Source of the DNA: an uncultured Oscillospiraceae bacterium | GTDB taxonomy: Bacteria; Bacillota; Clostridia; Oscillospirales; Oscillospiraceae | NCBI GenBank assembly: GCA_944386185.1 | Contig: CALXAF010000195.1 | Coordinates: 1-44,835 of the forward strand | Length of the DNA: 44,835 nucleotides | Direction of reading: 5' to 3' | Shown here: in pieces, positions 18,054 through 25,361 of the stretch | Position numbering within the stretch: position 1 is the first letter of the stretch | How the letters are laid out: every line of letters begins with the position of its first letter | Position numbers and translations under genes: made by a program | The notes under the pieces: model-generated | The model's input: the letters and a program-made list of their open reading frames with translations, nothing else | Told to the model about the DNA's origin: nothing | Databases searched by the model: none

Positions 18054-19279
18054 ACCCTCTTCATAGCCAGGCAGGCGTTGTGTCCGCCAAAGCCCAGGGA
18101 GTTTGACATAGCCAGGTCGACCCTGGCCTCTACCGCCTTGTTGGGCGTATAGTTAAGGTCACACTCAGGATCCGGCTCAAGGAGATTTATGGTCGGCGGT
18201 ATTATATTCTCACAGAGCACCTTGACACACACCAGCGCCTCAGCGGCTCCCGCGGCGCCAAGCATATGGCCGGTCATGGACTTCGTGGAACTTATTATTA
18301 CCTCTCTGGCCTTTTCCTCGCCAAACGCCGTCTTTACGGCCAGTGTCTCCGCCTTGTCATTCAGCGGGGTACCAGTACCGTGGGCGTTTAAATACACCTT
18401 CTCAGAGCCGGTGTATCCCGACTCATCCATGGCCTCGCGCATGGCTCTCACACCGCCCATGCCGTCCGGCCTTGGGGCTGTTATATGGTAGGCGTCGCAG
18501 GTGGAGCCATACCCGGTGAGCTCGCAGTATATTTTGGCGCCGCGATTCACTGCACGCTCGTACTCCTCAAGTATGAGGGCGGCGCCGCCCTCACCGATCA
18601 CAAACCCTCCCCTGCGTGCGTCAAACGGCAGGCTGGCCGCCACAGGGTCATCAGAGGTGGAGAGGGCCTGCATGTTTATAAATCCGGCCACTCCGCAATC
18701 TGTTATTGACGCCTCAGAGCCGCCGGTTATCATGGCGTCGGCATAGCCATGGCGTATCGCGCGGACCGCCTCGCCTATGGCGTTGGCTCCAGAGGCACAG
18801 GCCGTGACTGCCGGCATTGCCGCGCCCTGGCAGTTGAAACGTATTGCTATGGACCCGGCCGCCATATTGGCTATCATCATCGGCACAAAGTATGGCGATA
18901 CGCGGCGCGGTCCCTTTGTCAGAAGCTTGTTGTGCTCATTTATAAATGTCTGGATTCCACCGATACCGGTGCCGAAGTAGACTCCTATGCGTTCCGGCTC
19001 CACGGTACCTATTATGCCGCTGTCCTCCACCGCCTGACAGGCGGCAGCCAGAGCAAACTGGGCGAACCTGTCTGTCCTGAGCATTTCAGCCTTGTCCATA
19101 TACGCCCTTGGATCAAAATCCTTAACCTCAGCACCAAGCTTCGCCTTAAAGTCGGTGGTGTCAAAGAGCGTTATTGGGCCTATCCCGCAGACACCGTTGA
19201 CTATATTGTTCCAGAATTCGTCCACCGAATTTCCCACCGGGCTCACTATGCCAAGGCCGGTAACTACGACTCTTCTCAT
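18050..19279 (-). CDS. fabF: Beta-ketoacyl-ACP synthase II
   Basis: VVVTGLGIVSPVGN, active-site ACASGANAIG, HGTGTPLND, GHMLGAAG. Confidence 0.95.
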   Translation of the reverse strand: MRRVVVTGLGIVSPVGNSVDEFWNNIVNGVCGIGPITLFDTTDFKAKLGAEVKDFDPRAYMDKAEMLRTDRFAQFALAAACQAVEDSGIIGTVEPERIGVYFGTGIGGIQTFINEHNKLLTKGPRRVSPYFVPMMIANMAAGSIAIRFNCQGAAMPAVTACASGANAIGEAVRAIRHGYADAMITGGSEASITDCGVAGFINMQALSTSDDPVAASLPFDARRGGFVIGEGGAALILEEYERAVNRGAKIYCELTGYGSTCDAYHITAPRPDGMGGVRAMREAMDESGYTGSEKVYLNAHGTGTPLNDKAETLAVKTAFGEEKAREVIISSTKSMTGHMLGAAGAAEALVCVKVLCENIIPPTINLLEPDPECDLNYTPNKAVEARVDLAMSNSLGFGGHNACLAMKRV

Positions 19280-19291
19280 TGTTTTTCCTCC

Positions 19292-20026
19292 TCACATGGC
19301 CATTCCGCCGTCTATCCTGATGACCTCGCCGGTTATATAGCCGGCGCCATCCCCGGCCAGAAAGGCCGCAAGCCTTGCCACCTCTTCCGGTTCCCCCACT
19401 CTCTTGAGCGGTATGGCGGACAGCACTTCCTCTGACTCCTGGAATTCCCGGGTCATATCTGTTTTTATAAAACCGGGGGCTATGGCGTTGCATGTTACGC
19501 CTCTGCCGGCAAGCTCCCTCGCCGCCGATTTTGTAAGGCCCACAAGCCCCGCCTTTGAGGCGGAATAGTTGGCCTGCCCGGCGTTACCCATAAGGCCGGA
19601 GACAGAGCTTATATTTATTATTCTGCCGCCCCTCTGACGGATAAATATGGGGGCTCAGTGCTTTATCATATTAAATGCGCCCTTCAGGTTAACATCGAGG
19701 ACGCTGTCAAAGTCTTCTTCACCCATCATGGCGATGAGCTTGTCTCTCGTTATCCCCGCTGAATTTACCAGCACGTCGATCCTGCCCAGATCAGCCTTCA
19801 CCTTTGCCACAGTCTCCTTGGCAGCGGCAAAATCCGAGACGTCACACTTATACGCCATGGCCCTGACGCCCTTTTCCCTGCAGGCGTCCAATGTCTCCTG
19901 GGCGGCGGTCTCATTCCCCGCGTAGATTATGGCCACATCGGCCCCCTGGGACGCGAATTCTATTGCCGTGGCCCGTCCAATTCCTCTGGAACCGCCCGTT
20001 ATAAGGGCCGTCTTGCCGCTCAGCAT
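19292..20026 (-). pseudogene. fabG: 3-oxoacyl-ACP reductase FabG interrupted by a single in-frame TGA at 19657-19655
   Basis: Both ORF-track pieces are in one frame. Read-through gives TGGSRGIG ... [34 protein letters not shown] ... YSASKAG, a complete SDR FabG of 244 codons. ATG 20026 overlaps the fabD stop (ATGCTGA). Confidence 0.85.
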
Positions 20027-20937
20027 ATGACCGCTCCTTCCAGCGCCTCGCGGAGCGAGGCCGCGTCCTCGCATCTGAATACCCTGGCGGATGGAAGCGT
20101 CTTTGAAACGAGTCCGCATAGCGTCTTGCCAGGGCCGGCCTCGATAAACGTATCTATCCCGCTTCCGCCCATATGCTCGACGATCCTCTGCCATCTCACC
20201 GGGTTCTCTATCTGTTTTGACAGGAGTTCCCGCATGTCCCCATCGTAGGGCATGCCTGTATAATCTGAATAGAGAGGTATCTGCGGCGCCTTTATGTCAA
20301 CACCCTCCAGTACACCTCTGAAGTCCTCTGCCGCCTTTGCCATAAATGGAGAGTGGAAAGCGCCCTTGACCTTCAGCGGCAGCGCCCGCCCTCCGGCGGC
20401 CTTTACATCCTTTGAAAAATCAGCAAGCTCCCGGGCAAGTCCAGATACTGTCACCTGTCCAGGGCAGTTATAGTTTACAGGATACACATTCTGGTAAGCT
20501 GAACAGAGCTCCTCCACCTTCTCATCAGTGAGCTTTACCACAGCGGCCATGGCACAGTCGGCCTTCTCAGACTCCCTCTGCATAAGCTCACCGCGCCGAA
20601 TAACGAGCCTGAAGCCATCCTCCAGCGCCACCGCGCCCGAGAATGTCAGGGCCGCTATCTCCCCAAGGGAGAAACCGGCCACAGCCGCAGGCTCCACACC
20701 GCCTGACCGCAGCGCTTCAGCTGCGGCAAGTTCCATGGCAAACATACAGGGCTGCGTGTTTACCGTCTTCATAAGCTCCTCGGGAGTTCCGGAAAAGCAC
20801 TGTTCCTTTGTCCCTGGGCGTATCTCATCCAGGGCGTTGAATACACGCCTGGACTCAGGGCAGGAGTCATAGAGCTCCTTGCCCATTCCAGGGTACTGGG
20901 CGCCCTGGCCTGAGAAAACTATCGCTACTTTACCCAT
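20020..20937 (-). CDS. fabD: Malonyl-CoA-ACP transacylase
   Basis: VFSGQGAQYPGMG and active-site GFSLGEIAAL. Confidence 0.95.
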   Translation of the reverse strand: MGKVAIVFSGQGAQYPGMGKELYDSCPESRRVFNALDEIRPGTKEQCFSGTPEELMKTVNTQPCMFAMELAAAEALRSGGVEPAAVAGFSLGEIAALTFSGAVALEDGFRLVIRRGELMQRESEKADCAMAAVVKLTDEKVEELCSAYQNVYPVNYNCPGQVTVSGLARELADFSKDVKAAGGRALPLKVKGAFHSPFMAKAAEDFRGVLEGVDIKAPQIPLYSDYTGMPYDGDMRELLSKQIENPVRWQRIVEHMGGSGIDTFIEAGPGKTLCGLVSKTLPSARVFRCEDAASLREALEGAVIC

Positions 20938-21869
20938 TTCAAAGCACCTCGCAAAATAGGCTCCGCCTCCTCTATCACCTCTCGGACTATCTGGGCGGCA
21001 GGCTGTTCCTTATTCACCATGCCGGCAATCTGCCCGGCCAGGAAACAGCCCTCTTTTGAGTTCCCATCCTGTACAGCCTTTCTCAAGGCACCCGTACCGA
21101 ACTTATCAAGATCCTCGTCGGAGGCGCTGGAGTACTCAAGCTTAAAATACTCCCTGGTGAAATTCGTCTTCAGGCTGCGGACAGGGTGGCCTGTACGCCT
21201 GCCTGTGATCATGGTGGCTATGTCGTTTGCCTTTATTATCTTGTCCTTATAGTTTCTGTGGACAGAACACTCCTCTGCCACAAGGAACCGGGTACCCATC
21301 TGTACGCCGCATGCCCCCAGCATAAATGCCGCGGCTACCCCGCGGCCATCGGCTATGCCTCCGGCTGCAATGACCGGCAGGTCGGTGTTGTCGCACACCT
21401 GCGGCACCAGGGCCATCGTGGTCAGATCTCCCACATGTCCGCCGCTCTCTCCTCCCTCAGCTATCACAGCCGAGGCGCCGAGACGCGTCACTAGCTTTGT
21501 CATGGCCACGGACGGCACTACTGGTATAACCTTTATTCCCGCTTCAAGCCACGACTCCATGTACTTACCAGGATTTCCGGCACCGGTAGTCAGAACCTGG
21601 ACGCCCTCCTCTACGACCACTTTTGCCACATCGTCGGCAAATGGGCTCAGGAGCATTATATTGACCCCAAAGGGTTTGTCTGTCATAGTTTTGGCGGCCC
21701 TGATCTGGTCACGGACATAGTCGCCAGGTGCATTGCCAGCGGCGATAATGCCAAGGCCCCCGCCATTTGAAACGGCGGCGGCCAGCTTGGCGTCCGCTAT
21801 CCAGGCCATCCCTCCCTGGAACACCGGGTATTCTATCCCCAGGAGGCCGCAGATAGGTGTAGTTATCAT
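20925..21869 (-). CDS. fabK: Enoyl-ACP reductase II (FMN-dependent, nitronate monooxygenase fold)
   Basis: GMAWIADAKLAAAVSNGGGLGII and the FabK-type TIM barrel. Position is between acpP and fabD. Confidence 0.9.
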   Translation of the reverse strand: MITTPICGLLGIEYPVFQGGMAWIADAKLAAAVSNGGGLGIIAAGNAPGDYVRDQIRAAKTMTDKPFGVNIMLLSPFADDVAKVVVEEGVQVLTTGAGNPGKYMESWLEAGIKVIPVVPSVAMTKLVTRLGASAVIAEGGESGGHVGDLTTMALVPQVCDNTDLPVIAAGGIADGRGVAAAFMLGACGVQMGTRFLVAEECSVHRNYKDKIIKANDIATMITGRRTGHPVRSLKTNFTREYFKLEYSSASDEDLDKFGTGALRKAVQDGNSKEGCFLAGQIAGMVNKEQPAAQIVREVIEEAEPILRGALKWVK

Positions 21870-21875
21870 ATGTTA

Positions 21876-22106
21876 TCAGTCCTGAATATCGTACTTATCC
21901 TGGATGAACTTAACCAGGTCACCAACAGTCTCCACCTTCTGATCCAGCTCGATCTCGGTATTCAGCTTATCCTCCAGATCCATTATCATCTCCACGGTGT
22001 CCAGAGAGTCAATTCCCAGGTCTTGGAAAGTGCTGTCCATTGTGATCTCGCTTGGGTCACAGTCGTTGCGCTCTGCTATGATCTCTGCTATTGCTTCGAA
22101 TACCAT
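21876..22106 (-). CDS. acpP: Acyl carrier protein
   Basis: Phosphopantetheine attachment motif LGIDSLDTVE. GGAGGA lies 7 nt before ATG 22106; the ORF-track start at 22121 contains the RBS itself. Confidence 0.93.
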   Translation of the reverse strand: MVFEAIAEIIAERNDCDPSEITMDSTFQDLGIDSLDTVEMIMDLEDKLNTEIELDQKVETVGDLVKFIQDKYDIQD

Positions 22107-22145
22107 TGTTTTTTCCTCCAAAAAATTATTTGTTTTTTAGTATAG

Positions 22146-22180
22146 CGCCCTGAGAGGGCAAAACGGGCAAGCCGTTTTAA
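22146..22180 (-). terminator. Terminator-like hairpins after degV, upstream of acpP
   Basis: Minus strand reads AAAACGG-CTTGC-CCGTTTT followed by GCCCT-CTC-AGGGC. The stems are weak or short. Confidence 0.4.
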
Positions 22181-22186
22181 ACGATA

Positions 22187-23059
22187 TCACCTCACCGGGC
22201 CGGTGAAGAACAGGGCCAGTGTCCCGGGCCCTGAGTGGGCGCCGATTACAGGGCCAACGTGATTTATTATCACATCCACTGGATGCAGCTCCTGGCGTAT
22301 CATTGACTCTAAATATCTGGCGTCCTCTATACAGTCGCCGTGACTTATAAACACGGTCTGTGCCGATATGTTTTCTGACGTGGTTGCGGCCTTCTCAAAC
22401 ATGGCCTTGATAGATGCCTTGCGGCCGCGGGTCTTGAACATGCTTATAAGCCTGCCCGCGTCGTCCACATGCAGCACCGGCTTTATATGGAGCACAGATC
22501 CCACCGCGGCGGTGGCGGCCGATATCCTGCCGCCTCTCTTCAGGAAGAAGAGGTCATCCACAGTGAACCAGTGGCATATGGTAGGCAGGGTACTCTCAAC
22601 ATAGTCCCGGAGTTCATCGATGCCGAGTCCCTCTTTTTTCTTGTTCACAGCAAGATACACCAGTAGCCCCTGGCCCAGGGAGGCGCACTTGGAGTCTATG
22701 CAGTATATCTTGCGTTCCGGGAACTGCGGGGCCAGCTCCGAGGCGGCCATACACGCGTTCTGATACGTGCTGGACAGTACAGAGGCAAAGCATATGCTCA
22801 GTATATCCCTGCCGCTCTCCAAAACAGGCCGCATCTCCTGGACAAACGCCTCCACATTCGGAGCGGAGGTTGAGGCATTGGCGCCCCCCCTGAGCTTACT
22901 GTAGAACTCGCTAAAGCCCAGTTCCCGTTCGTCAAGATAATTTCTGTACTCCCTGCCGTTCACATTGACAGTCAATGGCAGTACGTGGAGCCCCATATCC
23001 GCGGCCATGGCTGCCGGCAGATCGCAGGAGGAATCAGTGAATATGGCGTAGTCGCTCAT
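22187..23059 (-). CDS. DegV family fatty-acid-binding protein (FakB-type)
   Basis: N-terminal YAIFTDSSCDLP and DegV-like length and layout. AAGGAG RBS. Confidence 0.9.
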   Translation of the reverse strand: MSDYAIFTDSSCDLPAAMAADMGLHVLPLTVNVNGREYRNYLDERELGFSEFYSKLRGGANASTSAPNVEAFVQEMRPVLESGRDILSICFASVLSSTYQNACMAASELAPQFPERKIYCIDSKCASLGQGLLVYLAVNKKKEGLGIDELRDYVESTLPTICHWFTVDDLFFLKRGGRISAATAAVGSVLHIKPVLHVDDAGRLISMFKTRGRKASIKAMFEKAATTSENISAQTVFISHGDCIEDARYLESMIRQELHPVDVIINHVGPVIGAHSGPGTLALFFTGPVR

Positions 23060-23109
23060 TTTGTGCTCCTTTCTCCCCTTTTTTGGGGAATCAGATATAT
23101 AAAAGGCGC

Positions 23110-23682
23110 TTAGGCCAGGTCAAATTCCCTGTCTATTGCGTAGGAGACCAGTGCCAGGTTGTCCTCATTATACTCTATTTCGTTATTATCAAACATAAGT
23201 GCCGCTCCGAATATGAGAGAGCGGACTATAAATACCTTGAGTCTGGCCACACGCGCCGGCATCCGCACCTCCCGGCAGTACCTCTCAATGAGCTCCCTTG
23301 TCGCACGGCTGACGCCAGAGCGTACTCCGCCATATTTTAAGTCAAAGCTTTCGTCCTTCATCATGAGTATTGACCTGAAGTGCGGGTTCTCCACCAGGAA
23401 CTTTATATACTCCATGCTTACAGCCAGAAGTTTCTTCCTTGTGTTCCCGGAGATTTTGGTGAGAAGCGCCGCCTCCCGCCTGGCCCACCGTCCATTGATA
23501 TATTCGACCACTCCGGCGACAAACCCCTGCCTGTCCCCGAAATACTTATACGGAGTCGCACATGATACCCCGCAGGCCCTTGCGGCCCGCCTTATGGAGA
23601 AGCCCTGGATTCCCTTTCGGCTTATCTCATCTATGCCGGCCTCTATTAGCTCCTCTCGTAAATTACGTGACGCGCCGCCCAT
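23110..23682 (-). CDS. TetR/AcrR family transcriptional regulator
   Basis: HTH GIQGFSIRRAARACGVSCATPYKYFGDRQGF. Start chosen at ATG 23682 (190 aa, GGGGTG RBS) rather than ORF-track 23826. Confidence 0.85.
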   Translation of the reverse strand: MGGASRNLREELIEAGIDEISRKGIQGFSIRRAARACGVSCATPYKYFGDRQGFVAGVVEYINGRWARREAALLTKISGNTRKKLLAVSMEYIKFLVENPHFRSILMMKDESFDLKYGGVRSGVSRATRELIERYCREVRMPARVARLKVFIVRSLIFGAALMFDNNEIEYNEDNLALVSYAIDREFDLA

Positions 23683-23705
23683 TTCACACCCCGGCATGAC
23701 AAGAA

Positions 23706-23730
23706 TTATCACTGATAACTTATCGTGATC
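23706..23730. promoter_or_regulatory. Candidate TetR operator in the 5-prime region of the TetR-degV transcript
   Basis: Palindrome TTATCA-C-TGATAA (23706-23718), immediately followed by a related copy, CTTATCGTGATC. It lies between a TGTTATACT extended -10 (minus strand, about 23738-23746) and the start codon. Confidence 0.4.
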
Positions 23731-23898
23731 TTTGAAAGTATAACATAGATGGCCCCGGAAGTCTAGAAAATTATGGGCTGGTGCCCTGTACCTGCTTTCT
23801 TTTGAGTGGCCAATCCTTCGGCACATTGGTCAAAATAACGTCTCTACACCTTTTTTGAAGAAAAAACATTGACAGTTTGTATATTTTGTATATATGTT

Positions 23899-23917
23899 AT
23901 ATATATTAAATATATAT
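23899..23917. promoter_or_regulatory. AT-only 9-1-9 palindrome in the promoter region of the 24066 gene
   Basis: ATATATATT-A-AATATATAT, about 25 nt downstream of TTGACA (23869-23874). Confidence 0.35.
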
Positions 23918-23965
23918 CAACGCTCAAAGACTTTATCAGAGGCGTCTTTTCAAAACACAATATCC

Positions 23966-24012
23966 AGCGCGCGAAAAGGCGTCAAGACACAGCCTGTCCG
24001 CGCGCTTTTTCT
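23966..24012 (+). terminator. Terminator-like hairpin plus T-run inside the leader of the 24066 gene (possible attenuator)
   Basis: AGCGCGCG (23966-23973) pairs with CGCGCGCT (23999-24006). The inner pair AGGC/GCCT is followed by TTTTTCT. It lies 55 nt upstream of the ATG. Confidence 0.5.
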
Positions 24013-24065
24013 TTATCTGCCTAATAAAAACATGTTGGCAGCCCGTCTGCCGGAAAGGAACCCGT

Positions 24066-25292
24066 ATGAAGAAACGGATATTGTTTTTCTCGGTCTGTGC
24101 GCTTTTGGTGATCGCCGCACTAGCATATACACAGCTTCTTCCCCTGCGCAGCGCCCGATGGGCCTCCCTCTCCGAGCCCGAGGACGACACCGTCTACATG
24201 GAATACGGGCTGGATTTGGAGAGAGCCGGCCTGGGGGAAGGGGATCTTGTGACCACATTTATCCTGTCCCAATGCACGCTTATTGAGATAAACGGTATAA
24301 ACTCCTCAACCGGGCCCAGCTCCTCTCTCTCGCCTGACGGGCTTGAGGATTACCTGCCCATGTATGGGAGCGGCATGGATGTGACATACACAGGAGGCCA
24401 GGTGTTTATATCCTATACCTCCTCAGACGGGAAAGAGGTAAATCTCACATATCTGGATGACGGCCTTAACGATATGTCTGTTTATGGCGACGACGGGCCT
24501 GAATACGAATATATGTTTGGCCGCGGCGAAGTGTACCGCGAGTATGGTTCATTCTCTGACGCCCTCAACGCCATTTACGGCGGCTGGGTTCCGTTGCTGC
24601 TTGAGTTTCTCGCTGTAATATTCATAGCGTCGGCAATAGCCGCCGTTGCAGTCGGTGTTTCCAGCGACGGCGAGGACCCTGTGGGCTTGAAGATATCTGT
24701 TAAGCGTCACGGTGGGGAGCGGACGCCGCTCAAAAAGCGGACTCTGGCAGTGCTTATATGCTCCGCCGTGTCGGTTATCTCGCTGTCCTGCCTGCTGCTC
24801 ATACCTATTGGCACTGTGCGGCGGGACATCTCCCTGTCAGAAGAGGATTCTGCCGTGTATCAGCGGTACGCTGTCGATTTGGACAGTGCCGGGCTTTCTG
24901 ATGGCGGCTTGGCCGCGGATTTTATTCTCTCAAAATGCGTTTACAGCGGTACAGACGTGGTTGGCGGCAGCGAGATACACAACTATGATCCCTCCGGCCT
25001 TTCAGACTGCCTGCCTCTATGTGACACCATATGGAGCGTATCCGAGTCAGGTTCATATGTCTACATAAGCTACGCCGCCTCCGACGGCTGCGATGTTACC
25101 CTGTGTTATGATGGCGATGGGCTTGTTTCCACGGCCGTATACAGCAGCGCCGATGACACGTTGTTTGAGTATCCATCCGCAGAGGGCCAGGCGGTGCTCC
25201 ACACAAATTTCCGCAGCGGCAGCGACACATATGGTGCAGCTCTCGATAACATATACGGCGGGTGGTTCCGCTCTTTTTTCTCCAGGTTCTAA
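24066..25292 (+). CDS. Membrane protein of unknown function built from two homologous TM-plus-ectodomain halves
   Basis: AAGGAA RBS. Three predicted TM helices (aa about 5-25, 175-197, 225-247). The halves share SLSE.ED..VY..Y..DL..AGL, FILS.C, GL.D.LP, ISY..SDG..V.L.Y..DGL and NIYGGW. Confidence 0.75.
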   Translation: MKKRILFFSVCALLVIAALAYTQLLPLRSARWASLSEPEDDTVYMEYGLDLERAGLGEGDLVTTFILSQCTLIEINGINSSTGPSSSLSPDGLEDYLPMYGSGMDVTYTGGQVFISYTSSDGKEVNLTYLDDGLNDMSVYGDDGPEYEYMFGRGEVYREYGSFSDALNAIYGGWVPLLLEFLAVIFIASAIAAVAVGVSSDGEDPVGLKISVKRHGGERTPLKKRTLAVLICSAVSVISLSCLLLIPIGTVRRDISLSEEDSAVYQRYAVDLDSAGLSDGGLAADFILSKCVYSGTDVVGGSEIHNYDPSGLSDCLPLCDTIWSVSESGSYVYISYAASDGCDVTLCYDGDGLVSTAVYSSADDTLFEYPSAEGQAVLHTNFRSGSDTYGAALDNIYGGWFRSFFSRF

Positions 25293-25311
25293 AAATCTCA
25301 CCTAATAAACT

Positions 25312-25356
25312 GAGCGCGGCGGCACACAGGATAGCCTACTGTGTGCCGCCGCGCTC
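25312..25356. terminator. Bidirectional terminator between convergent genes
   Basis: Perfect 18-bp stem: GAGCGCGGCGGCACACAG / CTGTGTGCCGCCGCGCTC. Confidence 0.85.
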
Positions 25357-25361
25357 AATCT

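Noticed and set aside
19600-19657. Selenocysteine (UGA recoding) as the explanation for the in-frame TGA in fabG.
   Set aside because: I see only a weak GCCCC...GGGGC pairing with a loop of about 17 nt downstream, plus a non-nested CUGA/UCAG pair. Neither resembles a convincing bacterial SECIS. I know of no Sec-containing FabG. The idea is kept only as a remote option inside the main finding.
19655-20194. The ORF-track extension of the fabG N-terminal piece up to 20194 (MAEDRRAYGRKRDR...).
   Set aside because: The extension overlaps the 3-prime end of fabD in another frame. The canonical FabG N-terminus (MLSGKTALITGGSRGIG) starts at ATG 20026, overlapping the fabD stop.
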